64,000 nt of DNA from Promethearchaeota archaeon (GTDB lineage: Archaea; Asgardarchaeota; Lokiarchaeia; Sigyniarchaeales; SOKP01), in NCBI GenBank assembly GCA_048939995.1, contig JBHLOY010000007.1:96001-160000 (forward strand), given 5' to 3'. The notes under the pieces are model-generated. The model had not been told where the DNA came from and did not search any database. It saw nothing but the letters and a program-made list of their open reading frames with translations. Of the stretch, positions 49,151 to 59,058 are shown piece after piece. Position 1 is the stretch's first letter, and every line of letters begins with the position of its first letter. A program made the translations under genes and the position numbers.

Positions 49151-51208
49151 TTACTTTCTAAAATATATTCTTGTTGAAAACCTTCGATATGGTTTAGGAA
49201 GTTTATATTTCGGAAAACCTTTATTTTCCTCTTCTAGTATTTCAAGTAATTTACTTAATTTAATATCATTAATTTGTTCTGAAGTAGCTTTCTTTTGGCC
49301 AAATGGTTTTCCAATTAACCTTTTTCTAATCGATATTGTTTGATTTTCTTGCTCCTTGCTTCCTAAAACAACTATATACGGAATCCACTCCATTTCCGCC
49401 TGTCGAATCTTTTTACCTACAGTTTCTTCGCGGTCATCAAAATCACAACGAAAACTTTCTTTATTTAATAGTTCCAAAACTTTTTCAGCATATTCATTTT
49501 GGTCATCGCTTACCGTGATTACCCGAACCTGAATTGGGGATAACCATGTTTTAAAACCGGGAACTTTTTTATCTTTATTTCTAATTGCTGCTTCAATTAA
49601 ACCCCATAAAATTCTTTCTATGCCCCCTGTTGGAGAATTGTGTAAGATGATGGGATGTATAATAGTGCCATCAATATCCACAGAGATGCCATATTTCTGT
49701 CTTTGCTTTCCATCAGAATCAATCATATAGTCTAAAGAACTTTCAACATCTATCTGATTCGTAGCTAATGTGGCACTTTTGTTTTCAGCAGAGAGAACAT
49801 TTCTTTCAAGCTTTAACACATAGTAATAATATCTCTCTTCCCATAATTCTAATAATATAGGTGATTCTTCATTTTTTACCAATTCTATAATCCAATCCTT
49901 ATTCTTTTTATAAAATTCTTTAGTTGCTCTGAAAATTACGTATGACTTAACTCCTAAGTCTTTTTCCAGATTTTTTATTAGAAAATATTGCTTCTTAAAC
50001 TCCTCAATAGCAGAACTAAGATCTAGGCACATTGTATGTAAATCTGGCATTACAAAGGCACGCAACCTTCTTAATCCTGTTAATTCTCCTTCTAATTCTC
50101 TTCTAAACGCATATTGCTCCCATTCATAAGCTCTTAATGGAAAATATTGTTTTTTTAAATTCATAGAAGAGAACAAGTCAAATAATAGAAAATCTGATGC
50201 GTATCGTAACAAATATCTATCACTTCCCGATTCAAGCCAATAGCTTCTTGCGGGGAATCTTGCAGTTTGAGCAGTCAGTTTTTTATTTTTAACTGTATAC
50301 ATGATTGGTGTATCAATAAGTATTGCGCCATAATCAATTAATCTATCCTCAACAAAATTTTTAAGAATGTTCTTCATTATAACTCCTTTCGTGTACCATC
50401 TCAAGTTTCCAGCGTCAGTATTTGGGTCAAAATCTACTAATTCAAACTCTTTCATTACTTTTATATGAGCAGGTTCTATAGACTTATCTACTCGTCTTGA
50501 TCCCAATTCTGAATTAAGAAAAATAATGAAGTCTTGATCTTTTACTTCTTTTAAAGGAATTACATTTTTATTGAGGTCATACTTAATATCTAGTTCTTTT
50601 CCCGTGGTATTAATAACTTTGAACTCAGAATTTTTTACTTTTTCTTCTGGTTGTATAGCTAATTTTACATCTCTATACATCTCTGCTACTTCATGACCAA
50701 TACAATTCACCGTAAATGATTTGTACCATCCAAAAGGAGAAGATTTTGCTTCAATACCTTTTTCTTCTAGAAATTTAACAATTTTAGGACAGACTTCCAT
50801 TGCATTTTGTTCATGACTGAGAAATTTACTTAAGTGTGCCCATGGATAAACTAATACTTTATCTACTTGATACAAATTTCTCTCTTTAACTAATTCAAGG
50901 AATTTTCTTAATTTTCCTTTAATTTCACCTTTCTCAATCTTTTTATTATATTCTCTGATTTCTTCGTTCTTTTCTCGAAATTTTTCTGGGAAGTTTGTTA
51001 TTTGAAGTATAGCCTCTTCAATTACCTCAGCGCCTTGCTTAGCAATTAAGTCAGTGTCATAAGTATCTTGATCCTCAACTGAAACATAAGCAACAAGAAT
51101 TAAACCTTCCATTTTTATTTCTTCTTCTGGAAATTCCTGAGGCTCACTTGTAGCAGGCTTATTTTTAACAACTTCTACCCCATCAGAATGGATTAATAAA
51201 ATTTTCAT
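49151..51208 (-). CDS. thrS: threonyl-tRNA synthetase, archaeal type with N-terminal editing domain
   Basis: MKILLIHSD, YPWAHLS, PFGWYK.F...C.GH, FRRE..GEL.GL.RLRAF.MPD.H, anticodon domain with GKKIR. Confidence 0.93.
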   Translation of the reverse strand: MKILLIHSDGVEVVKNKPATSEPQEFPEEEIKMEGLILVAYVSVEDQDTYDTDLIAKQGAEVIEEAILQITNFPEKFREKNEEIREYNKKIEKGEIKGKLRKFLELVKERNLYQVDKVLVYPWAHLSKFLSHEQNAMEVCPKIVKFLEEKGIEAKSSPFGWYKSFTVNCIGHEVAEMYRDVKLAIQPEEKVKNSEFKVINTTGKELDIKYDLNKNVIPLKEVKDQDFIIFLNSELGSRRVDKSIEPAHIKVMKEFELVDFDPNTDAGNLRWYTKGVIMKNILKNFVEDRLIDYGAILIDTPIMYTVKNKKLTAQTARFPARSYWLESGSDRYLLRYASDFLLFDLFSSMNLKKQYFPLRAYEWEQYAFRRELEGELTGLRRLRAFVMPDLHTMCLDLSSAIEEFKKQYFLIKNLEKDLGVKSYVIFRATKEFYKKNKDWIIELVKNEESPILLELWEERYYYYVLKLERNVLSAENKSATLATNQIDVESSLDYMIDSDGKQRQKYGISVDIDGTIIHPIILHNSPTGGIERILWGLIEAAIRNKDKKVPGFKTWLSPIQVRVITVSDDQNEYAEKVLELLNKESFRCDFDDREETVGKKIRQAEMEWIPYIVVLGSKEQENQTISIRKRLIGKPFGQKKATSEQINDIKLSKLLEILEEENKGFPKYKLPKPYRRFSTRIYFRK

Positions 51209-51334
51209 AGTAATATTGATTTTTTGTTCAGTTATGAATTATCTAATAACAAATTCTAAATATTTTTCTAGCTTTTGATAATTAACTATATTTAAAATTC
51301 AAATTAATTATTACTAAAATAATTACCTATAAGA

Positions 51335-51952
51335 ATGAATCTTAGAAATATTTTTTCAGAACTTATAGAAGCATTAGATAATTTAGATCAAAATAGAGAA
51401 GAAATACTAAAATTATCTCGTATTCTTATCCGTGATTGTAGCATTGCAATTAAACATATTCACAGAAAAGAATATGAACAATATCATGAGAAATTAAATA
51501 GTGCTAAAAATGTTCATGAAAAGCTGATTTCACTTGTTAATAAAAGCCCTGGGTTTTTTTTTAAATATTTGAGAACTCCTGAACAAGAATATACAGAAGC
51601 AGTTTGCTTTTATTCAATCATCTCAAATAAAGAAATGCCAAAACCAAGTGAGTTAAATGTTGATCCATTGAATTTTGCTTTTGGTTTAGCTGATGTCGTC
51701 GGAGAGTTAAGAAGATATGCTTTAGATAACATAAGAAATTCACAAGTCAAAGATTTAAATTACGTATTAGAAAGCATGGATGACATTTATACACAATTAT
51801 TCGCTGTAGATTATCCCTCTGGACTAACTCAAGATTTGAGGCAAAAAACTGATAGAGCAAGAAGTATTATTGAAAAAACTAGAGGGGATATTTCAATCTC
51901 TCTGCAAATGAATGATTTAAAGACATGTATAGAAAAGAATGCTAAAAAGTAA
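51335..51952 (+). CDS. translin/TRAX (C3PO) family protein
   Basis: RE.ILKLSR, QEYTEA, GLADVVGELRR, LRQKTD.AR. Confidence 0.85.
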   Translation: MNLRNIFSELIEALDNLDQNREEILKLSRILIRDCSIAIKHIHRKEYEQYHEKLNSAKNVHEKLISLVNKSPGFFFKYLRTPEQEYTEAVCFYSIISNKEMPKPSELNVDPLNFAFGLADVVGELRRYALDNIRNSQVKDLNYVLESMDDIYTQLFAVDYPSGLTQDLRQKTDRARSIIEKTRGDISISLQMNDLKTCIEKNAKK

Positions 51953-53534
51953 AACATACGCAAAAAAGATCGAAATGCCATTTGATACTAAAAAAATAAA
52001 ACAAGATAGTAAAATTGATTACGAGAAAGCATGGTTAGATACAAAAAGTCTCCTTCAGCTGACAGGGAACTATTTCAATTTAGAGAAAAAAGGAAAGAGC
52101 CACTTAATTTCAGACTTTATATTTGATGCTCGAGATAAGATGATCTCCTTAGGTTTTGAAGAATTGATATTACCTATGTTTGTTGATGAACATGAGGTAT
52201 ACAAACAATACGGTCCAGAAGCAGCATTGATACTTGACAGATTATTCTATTTAGCAGGATTACCTCGCCCAGATATTGGTATTTCAAAAGAAAAAATTAA
52301 TCTGTTGAAAAAATTTATTCCGCATTTTCATAATATTGATGAATTAAAGAATATATTTAGAGAATATAAAAAAGGAGAAATAGAAGCAGACAATTTAATT
52401 GAAGCTTTCATAGAAAGATTAGAACTTAAAGAAACTGAAGCTACAACAATTATTGATAACGTTTTTCTTGAATTGAAGAATTTAAAGCCAATACCAACTA
52501 ACACAACTCTTAAAAGCCATACAACGGCCTTATGGTTTATCGTATTGAAGGAACTTTATAAAAAAAAGAATCTACCACTTCAATATTTTTCAATTAGTCC
52601 TAAATTTCGACGTGAACAAAGAATAGATGCTACTCATCTTTATTGTTCAAATACTATATCTTTAGTTATCATGGCAGAAGAAATTTCTTTGGAAGACTGT
52701 CAAACTATTACATCTACTATATGCGAGAAAATTGGATTTAAAAGTAATAAATTAAAAATTAAGAAAGCAACGTCCAAATATTATGCTCCTCAAACAGAAT
52801 TTGAAATCTTTATTAAGCATCCTAAAACTGAAGAATGGTTAGAAATTGGAGATGGAGGACTTTATTCACCAGTAAGCTTAGCCCAATATAATTTAGAATA
52901 TCCCGTATTTAATGTTGGTTTTGGAGTAGAGAGAATATGTATGATAAAGAGTGAAATTGACGATATAAGAAAATTAGTATATCCTTATTTTTATGAAGAC
53001 ATAACATTTACAGACGAAGAAATTAGTGGAGGAATATCGTATAAATTCATTCCTGTTACTGAGGAGGGTATTGAAATTAAAAATGCGATTATTCAAAATG
53101 TACTGACAAATAAGGATGTAGAATCTCCAATTGAAATTAAAGTATGGGAAGGTATGATAAAAGGGAAAAAGTTAGAAGTAAAATTGTGGGAGAATGATCA
53201 GGGTGTTAAACTGGTTGGACCTGCAGCCTTAAATAAGGTGTGGGTTAAAGATGGAAATATTTTTGGGCTGGATTACACAAAGAAAATAGAAAATGGGATA
53301 GACAGTGGAAAAACTTATTTAGAAGGAATCGCTTCTCAAGTAGCTTACAATATTGAAACATTGTTGGATCAAAATCAAATTTCCTATGAATATAGACTTA
53401 AAATCTGTTATCGTGCTTCAGAGGTGAATTTGGTAATAAATGATAAAATATTAGAATATATTCATTCTAAACAAAAGAAAATTGACATTAGGGGACCTGT
53501 GTTTATTGGTCTTTCTTTTAATGTAATTAATTAG
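51939..53534 (+). CDS. sepS: O-phosphoseryl-tRNA(Cys) synthetase (SepRS)
   Basis: YKQYGPEA..ILDRLFYLAGLPRPDIG, TLKSH, FRREQR.DATHL, SKYYAP.TEFE, YSPVSL..Y, PVFNVGFGVER, GPAA.N, IDIRGPVF. Confidence 0.9.
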   Translation: MLKSKTYAKKIEMPFDTKKIKQDSKIDYEKAWLDTKSLLQLTGNYFNLEKKGKSHLISDFIFDARDKMISLGFEELILPMFVDEHEVYKQYGPEAALILDRLFYLAGLPRPDIGISKEKINLLKKFIPHFHNIDELKNIFREYKKGEIEADNLIEAFIERLELKETEATTIIDNVFLELKNLKPIPTNTTLKSHTTALWFIVLKELYKKKNLPLQYFSISPKFRREQRIDATHLYCSNTISLVIMAEEISLEDCQTITSTICEKIGFKSNKLKIKKATSKYYAPQTEFEIFIKHPKTEEWLEIGDGGLYSPVSLAQYNLEYPVFNVGFGVERICMIKSEIDDIRKLVYPYFYEDITFTDEEISGGISYKFIPVTEEGIEIKNAIIQNVLTNKDVESPIEIKVWEGMIKGKKLEVKLWENDQGVKLVGPAALNKVWVKDGNIFGLDYTKKIENGIDSGKTYLEGIASQVAYNIETLLDQNQISYEYRLKICYRASEVNLVINDKILEYIHSKQKKIDIRGPVFIGLSFNVIN

Positions 53535-53538
53535 AATT

Positions 53539-54000
53539 TTGAGGGATCTGGGTAAATTGAAAAAAAAAATATTAGTAGCTGGGACATTTGATATAGTTCA
53601 TCCGGGACATATATTCTTAATTAATGAAGCTGCAAAGATGGGAGATGTATATGTAATTGTCGCCACAGATAAAAACCGAAAATTATATTCTGGGGAAACT
53701 CCAATGATCCCTGAGCAACAGAGATTAGAAGTTGTAAAGAGTATAAAAAATGTAAAAGAAGCAAGATTAGGGCGGCATGATAATGATACACTTAAAACGG
53801 TAGAAGAAATTAATCCTGATATCATATTACTCGGACCAGATCAAAAATATAACATTTCAATACTTAAAAGCGGTTTGAAAAAAAAAGGTTTAAATCATAT
53901 ACAAGTTCAAAGACTAGAGAAATATTATGATAAATATACATTACATTCTTCTAGATTAATAAAAAGAAAAATTTATGATTCTTTTAAAAGAGAGAGATAA
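53539..54000 (+). CDS. ribL: FAD synthase (archaeal cytidylyltransferase family)
   Basis: GTFDIVHPGH, PDIILLGPDQ, HSSRLIK; adjacent to riboflavin kinase. Confidence 0.85.
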   Translation: MRDLGKLKKKILVAGTFDIVHPGHIFLINEAAKMGDVYVIVATDKNRKLYSGETPMIPEQQRLEVVKSIKNVKEARLGRHDNDTLKTVEEINPDIILLGPDQKYNISILKSGLKKKGLNHIQVQRLEKYYDKYTLHSSRLIKRKIYDSFKRER

Positions 54001-54002
54001 TT

Positions 54003-54719
54003 GTGTTAATTATGGAAAACACTGAAGATATTAAACCTGAAAATTATGCAAATTGGTTCGCTCTGTTTAAACTGTGCCAAATTACAAGAAATAGAAATTC
54101 ATTAAATTTAAGTAGTGTAGAATTTGGAGAAATATTAGGTTTGAGTCAACAAACTGGAAGCAGAAGAATTAAAGATTTAGAAGATTTAGGCTGGATTAAA
54201 AGAAGGATTGAAGGTAAAACACAAAAGATATCTATCACAAAAAAAGGAGCAAATGTAATGCTTAATGTTTATAAAAATCTAAAAGAACTACTAGAATCTA
54301 TATTAATTGTAGGTGAAGTAACTGAAGGAATGCATGAGGGGGGATATTATGTTTCAATTAAAGGTTATTTTGATCAATTTAAGAGTAAATTAGGATTTGA
54401 GCCTTATAAAGGAACTCTTAATCTAAAATTGAGCGATACAGATATATCAATTTTGAGAGAAAAGTTGAATAATATTAATCCAGTCATTATTGATGGATTT
54501 AAGGATCAGAATCGGGAATATGGATCAGTAAAATGCTACGATGTATATATTTATAGGTTCGATGATAAAAATAATAGACGGAAAGCAGCTATATTGGATA
54601 TAAAAAGAACCCATCATAAACAAAACATAATAGAAATTCTAGCTAGACCTTATTTAAGAGATTATTTTAATCTAAAAGATGGGGATAAAATAATCATTGA
54701 AGTGACAAAGAATCATTGA
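54003..54719 (+). CDS. ribK: CTP-dependent riboflavin kinase with N-terminal HTH (RbkR)
   Basis: SQQTGSRR HTH; G.HEGGYY, LGFEPYKGTLN, RTHH...IEI....LR. Confidence 0.9.
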   Translation: MLIMENTEDIKPENYANWFALFKLCQITRNRNSLNLSSVEFGEILGLSQQTGSRRIKDLEDLGWIKRRIEGKTQKISITKKGANVMLNVYKNLKELLESILIVGEVTEGMHEGGYYVSIKGYFDQFKSKLGFEPYKGTLNLKLSDTDISILREKLNNINPVIIDGFKDQNREYGSVKCYDVYIYRFDDKNNRRKAAILDIKRTHHKQNIIEILARPYLRDYFNLKDGDKIIIEVTKNH

Positions 54720-54723
54720 TTGT

Positions 54724-55347
54724 CTATTCGGATAGGTCATGATTTTTAATCGCTTTATAAATTTTGAAAAATCTAAAAATAGCTGTCATTAAAACTAAGA
54801 TCATGAAGATAAATAGGAATTCATTAAAAAATTGGATAAAAGATGCTAATAACATAGTTATAAATAGATAGAATAATCTTTCTGATCTTGCCATTAACCC
54901 AAAGTCAAAATCTCCTTTTATAATTACTTCACCTCTCGCTCGTAAATAGCTTATCATGAGAGTTGCCATAAAAGAGATAATTAATATTATTTTAACATCA
55001 ATAATATTCCATAGAGTATTCTCCCAAGAATAAAAGATAAGAGCAAGGAAAATAATAAATTCACTTATTCTATCCATAACTGAATCAAAAAACCCACCAA
55101 AAGTAGAACTTTTATTGATTAATCTAGCTATAGTTCCATCAATTCCATCAAATAACCCAGTTAAAAAAATAAAGATTGAAAATAACAATAAACTAGATAA
55201 AAGTACTAATAAGAAAAAACTCATTATTGAAAAAATCAGCATGATACAAGTAGCGAGATTAGGACTAACTCCTATCCTAATTAAACCTTTTGCCATTAGT
55301 TTAATTAAAGGATGGAAAATTCTGCGTAGTCTAAATTTTGAGGACAT
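54724..55347 (-). CDS. CDP-alcohol phosphatidyltransferase (archaetidylinositol-phosphate synthase-like)
   Basis: SPN..T, DGIDGTIAR....S.FGGFFDSVMDR, SYLRARGE, G...RSER. Confidence 0.9.
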   Translation of the reverse strand: MSSKFRLRRIFHPLIKLMAKGLIRIGVSPNLATCIMLIFSIMSFFLLVLLSSLLLFSIFIFLTGLFDGIDGTIARLINKSSTFGGFFDSVMDRISEFIIFLALIFYSWENTLWNIIDVKIILIISFMATLMISYLRARGEVIIKGDFDFGLMARSERLFYLFITMLLASFIQFFNEFLFIFMILVLMTAIFRFFKIYKAIKNHDLSE

Positions 55348-55493
55348 AATTAATAAATTTAGGGTTTATACACTTAATCTTATAAAATTACCTATTTTTC
55401 GTTAAGTTCATTTTTATATTATATTTAATTATAACAATAATATATTTTTTTTAATTTTAAAATCAAATTAAATATGGGAAAGTGTGAAGTTAA

Positions 55494-55799
55494 TTGAAAT
55501 TAAGATTGATCTTCAAATCACTAACGAAGAAAAACAAAGAAGTATCAATAAAGTTTAATATCGCTCCAAGTAAACATATAGGTTTTATTAATTTTATTAA
55601 TTTGGCTTTAAATCAAGATTTACCCATCACTATCTCCTTTGAAAAAATAAGCAAAACAGGACAAAAAGAAGAGAGTAAGATTGCCGGGGTATTTAAATTT
55701 CAGGGTAAAGATACATTAACTTTACAGCAATTAAGTGAAGAAATCAGTGAAGAAGAGCGTAAACGTAAAAAACAACATCAAAAGCGAATACAGAAGTAA
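55494..55799 (+). CDS. hypothetical basic protein
   Basis: 101-aa ORF filling the gap, with a charged C-terminal helix. Confidence 0.55.
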   Translation: MKLRLIFKSLTKKNKEVSIKFNIAPSKHIGFINFINLALNQDLPITISFEKISKTGQKEESKIAGVFKFQGKDTLTLQQLSEEISEEERKRKKQHQKRIQK

Positions 55800-55812
55800 G
55801 AGTCTAACTTTT

Positions 55813-56580
55813 TCATGATAAACTTATAAATCCTAACTTTATAAGGTTTTTACATATATTATAAACTTGGTTGTGTTCTAAATTTAATCTTTTTGTAATT
55901 ATTTGGATTGATTTTTTTCCATCTATTTCAGAATATACATTACATGCAGTAGCACCTGTTAAATAATACTTAGGATTAACTTTGTTAGAGCTTGTAAATT
56001 TAGGAATCTTTTGGCAATATTCTGGTAAATCTTCAGTATGCTCAATTTCTGTCTGCATCGCTAGTAAGCGTGATTCTTCATTGATCTTTTCCTCGACAGT
56101 TTTGAAAAGTTCAGTGACTTTTTCTTTAAACTCTTGTTCTTTTTCTTCTTGTTCTTCAGTAATATAGATATTTAATACATTCTCAAATGATTTAAAGCTA
56201 TTAATCTTCCCATTCCAATTGAGAATTTGATTAATATTATACTTATTTAAAAATGAAGATGAAATTTTTCTTAAAACTCTTTGAACGTTCACCGCTTTAG
56301 AATTTTCGTCATAGGTTGCGAGATATATTAAGTTTGGAATACTCGAATCCTTTAAAAAAGAAAGCTTAAGATCATTATTAGATAATTTTAATTCACTTAT
56401 CGTACCAAGATCTTCAAATGAATCAGAAAATGAATTTAATGCCGTAAAAAATCCAGAAACCATGATTAAGTTGTCAGTTTGAGAAAAAACATTTCTGGTT
56501 CTGGTAGGATTAGAAGAAATGGAATAACTCTTATTAAAGAGAGGTAAACCATCTTTTATAATTATAACGTCTCTAATCAT
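55813..56580 (-). CDS. longin-like domain fused to a C-terminal winged helix
   Basis: IRDVIIIKDGLPLF...MVSGFFTALNSFS; C-terminal IDGKKSIQII...L......NICKNLIKLGFI. Confidence 0.6.
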   Translation of the reverse strand: MIRDVIIIKDGLPLFNKSYSISSNPTRTRNVFSQTDNLIMVSGFFTALNSFSDSFEDLGTISELKLSNNDLKLSFLKDSSIPNLIYLATYDENSKAVNVQRVLRKISSSFLNKYNINQILNWNGKINSFKSFENVLNIYITEEQEEKEQEFKEKVTELFKTVEEKINEESRLLAMQTEIEHTEDLPEYCQKIPKFTSSNKVNPKYYLTGATACNVYSEIDGKKSIQIITKRLNLEHNQVYNICKNLIKLGFISLS

Positions 56581-56732
56581 TTGGCAATCAATAAGTTATT
56601 TATTGGCGATTATAAAAACCTAATAGTGATCCTCAATATATATCTCAATAGAATCTAAGTACCCAAAAAGAAAAAAAAATGTAATATCTAAATAACATCT
56701 AAATAAAGTACAATTTAAGGATAAAATATTAC

Positions 56733-57488
56733 TTGAATAATCAAATGAAAGCCATAATATTATGTGCTGGCTATGGAAAAAGATTACAACCATTTACTTA
56801 TACCTATCAAAAAACTATGCTCCCTTTACATGGGAAACCATTATTAGAATATATAATAGAAGGTCTTACTTACAGTGGTTTTAAAGATATAGTATTAGTT
56901 GTAGGCTTCAAGAAGGAGCAGATTATTGATTATTTCCAAAAAGGCAGAAAATGGGGTATTAATATTGAGTATGTTATCCAAAATGACATAAATGGCACAG
57001 GAGGAGCTTTATTAATATGTGAAAGCGTGATTAAAAATCATCATTTTTTTATAACTTGGGGTGATATCTTAGTTCCTTATCGAATTTATAAAGAAGTATT
57101 AGAGATATTCAATAAGGAAAATCAAAATTTTATTCTTGTGGCAAATTATGCTAAAGATCCTTATAAAGGAGCTGCTATTTATTATAGAGAAGACTATTGT
57201 ATGAAAATAGTTGAAAAACCACCCAAAGGGATATCAATATCTAATTATAATAACTGTGGAGTCTTTATTTTATCAACAGAAATATTTAAAATCTTAAGGA
57301 TGCTAAAATATTCTAATAGAGGAGAAATAGAGCTTCCTCAAGCTATAAATAAAGGAATTCTTGAAAGGCAGTGGAAGGTCCGCTTATTAAAGATGAGTAA
57401 GAAGCAATTTAGAGGTGATTTTGGGGATAAAGAAGAATATGAAACCCTCAAAAAAGATTCAAATTGGCTTAAGTTACTTATAAGTTGA
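56733..57488 (+). CDS. sugar-phosphate nucleotidyltransferase (RmlA/GlmU-like)
   Basis: KAIILCAGYGKRLQP.T...QK, Q....GTG, WGD, VEKP, RGEIEL. Confidence 0.88.
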   Translation: MNNQMKAIILCAGYGKRLQPFTYTYQKTMLPLHGKPLLEYIIEGLTYSGFKDIVLVVGFKKEQIIDYFQKGRKWGINIEYVIQNDINGTGGALLICESVIKNHHFFITWGDILVPYRIYKEVLEIFNKENQNFILVANYAKDPYKGAAIYYREDYCMKIVEKPPKGISISNYNNCGVFILSTEIFKILRMLKYSNRGEIELPQAINKGILERQWKVRLLKMSKKQFRGDFGDKEEYETLKKDSNWLKLLIS

Positions 57489-57519
57489 AATGGCCTTCAT
57501 CAAGAAAGAAGAAGAATTT

Positions 57520-57948
57520 TTAAAATTCTGTATCAATAAACAAATCATCAAATTTGTATCCTAAGAATTCGGCTAAATTCTCTAAAAATGGTCTAGTAAA
57601 ATTTACTGACAAAAAGTTTTCATCGATATCACCCATACGAAATAATGTGTCAAGACCTATATTATGTTTATTAGCAAAATCCTCAATTTCTTGATAAGAC
57701 CTTTTGATCTTAACTTTTTTTATCTCATCTTTCACTATGGGCTCTTGAAAAAATATTTCGGCAATTGGTTTTTTCAACACCTCTGCAATCTTAAAAGAGA
57801 TTGTGAGAGATGGGTTATATTTACCCTTCTCCAAAAAATAAATGGTTTGGCGAGAAACTCCAATTTTTGATGCCAACTCTTGCTGAGTTAGTTTGAGTTC
57901 TTCCCTAATTTCTTTTATTCTTGCCTTAATTTTAGTTTTATATCTCAG
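57520..57948 (-). CDS. XRE/Cro HTH transcriptional regulator (probable CTG start)
   Basis: Upstream extension RIKEIREELKLTQQELASKIGVSRQTIYFLEKGKYNPSL completes the HTH; GGTGAG lies 6 nt before CTG 57948. Confidence 0.8.
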   Translation of the reverse strand: MRYKTKIKARIKEIREELKLTQQELASKIGVSRQTIYFLEKGKYNPSLTISFKIAEVLKKPIAEIFFQEPIVKDEIKKVKIKRSYQEIEDFANKHNIGLDTLFRMGDIDENFLSVNFTRPFLENLAEFLGYKFDDLFIDTEF

Positions 57949-58010
57949 AGTGTTCTCACCAATTCAATTGAATTTAACTGATCCCTTGAAAGAACTATTA
58001 TTGTTTAGTG

Positions 58011-58835
58011 CTACAATAATTCGAATAAATCTTCTATCTTACATTTCAATGCTTCAGCAATTCTATAGGCTAATAATAGGCTGGGATTATATCTTCCCTC
58101 TTCTAAGTAATTTATTGTTTCAATTGGGACTCCAACTTTATCTGCTAATTGAGATGCTGATATTTTTGCTTTTTCTCTTAATTGTGGAATCGAAGTCTTT
58201 AATTTCTCTCCTTCTCGCATCTTAGAAAGAATATAGCTGATGAAATTATCAAATGCTAATTCCTCAGGTTTGAAAATTTTATCCTCTAATCCACTTGGAA
58301 CAGTTGAAATTTTTGAAATCATTTCTTTAATCTTATTTTCAATTATATGCGGATCCTTTAATCCAGGAATATATCCTTCAGGACCAACTCCCCTACGTGT
58401 CGTACCTGAACTAACAGCACTATGACCAGCAGTTTCAATCTTGACAGTATAAGTATTAAACACTCTATCAAAGATTCCTGTAGTAATGTTAATGTTTTGG
58501 ATTCTTTTATAGGGAATTGTTGCTCTAGTTTTAGTGAACACTCCGTGATTAATTACGATGCTATCTTTTTGTACTTTATAAGTAAAGCTTTTAACGTATG
58601 CTGAAAAGTACCAGGCAGATATCAATGCTATTGTTATATAAGGTATCACTACGAATAATACAATCGCAATAATGAATAACTCAAAAGGAAAAGTTGGATC
58701 GTAAAGACGTAATAAGATTAATAATAATGTAATAAAACACGCCCAAAAAAATAAAATCAAATTATTTTTTAAAACCTGCTTTCTAACATATTCTCTGGAA
58801 ATTGTGCCTACATATACAAATTCTTCCTCACTCAT
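58011..58835 (-). CDS. 2-TM + bacterial PH (bPH_2) domain + C-terminal XRE HTH fusion
   Basis: GVFTK...IPYKRIQNI...GIFDR......IETAG = bPH_2; LREKAKISASQLADKVGV..ETI..LE.GRYNPSLLLA..IA = XRE HTH. Confidence 0.8.
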   Translation of the reverse strand: MSEEEFVYVGTISREYVRKQVLKNNLILFFWACFITLLLILLRLYDPTFPFELFIIAIVLFVVIPYITIALISAWYFSAYVKSFTYKVQKDSIVINHGVFTKTRATIPYKRIQNINITTGIFDRVFNTYTVKIETAGHSAVSSGTTRRGVGPEGYIPGLKDPHIIENKIKEMISKISTVPSGLEDKIFKPEELAFDNFISYILSKMREGEKLKTSIPQLREKAKISASQLADKVGVPIETINYLEEGRYNPSLLLAYRIAEALKCKIEDLFELL

Positions 58836-58869
58836 TAAATTCCTCTCTTTTTATTTAGTTATACTAGTT

Positions 58870-58882
58870 AATTTACTAGTCA
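58870..58882 (-). promoter_or_regulatory. candidate operator copy 1 (TGACTAGTAAATT)
   Basis: 13-bp motif with ACTAGT core, repeated inverted at 59059-59071. Confidence 0.45.
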
Positions 58883-59058
58883 AACTATTATTATATTAAT
58901 AGTAATGCGGAAATTTATAACTTACTATTATTGCTAATTATTGCTTTCAAGCTTTACTAAGCCATTACTTGAAAGGAATGCAATATGTTATATTTAATTA
59001 TATTTAATTATGTATCAAATAAGGATTCCTTTTAAATCACAGCAACATTTAAATATGA

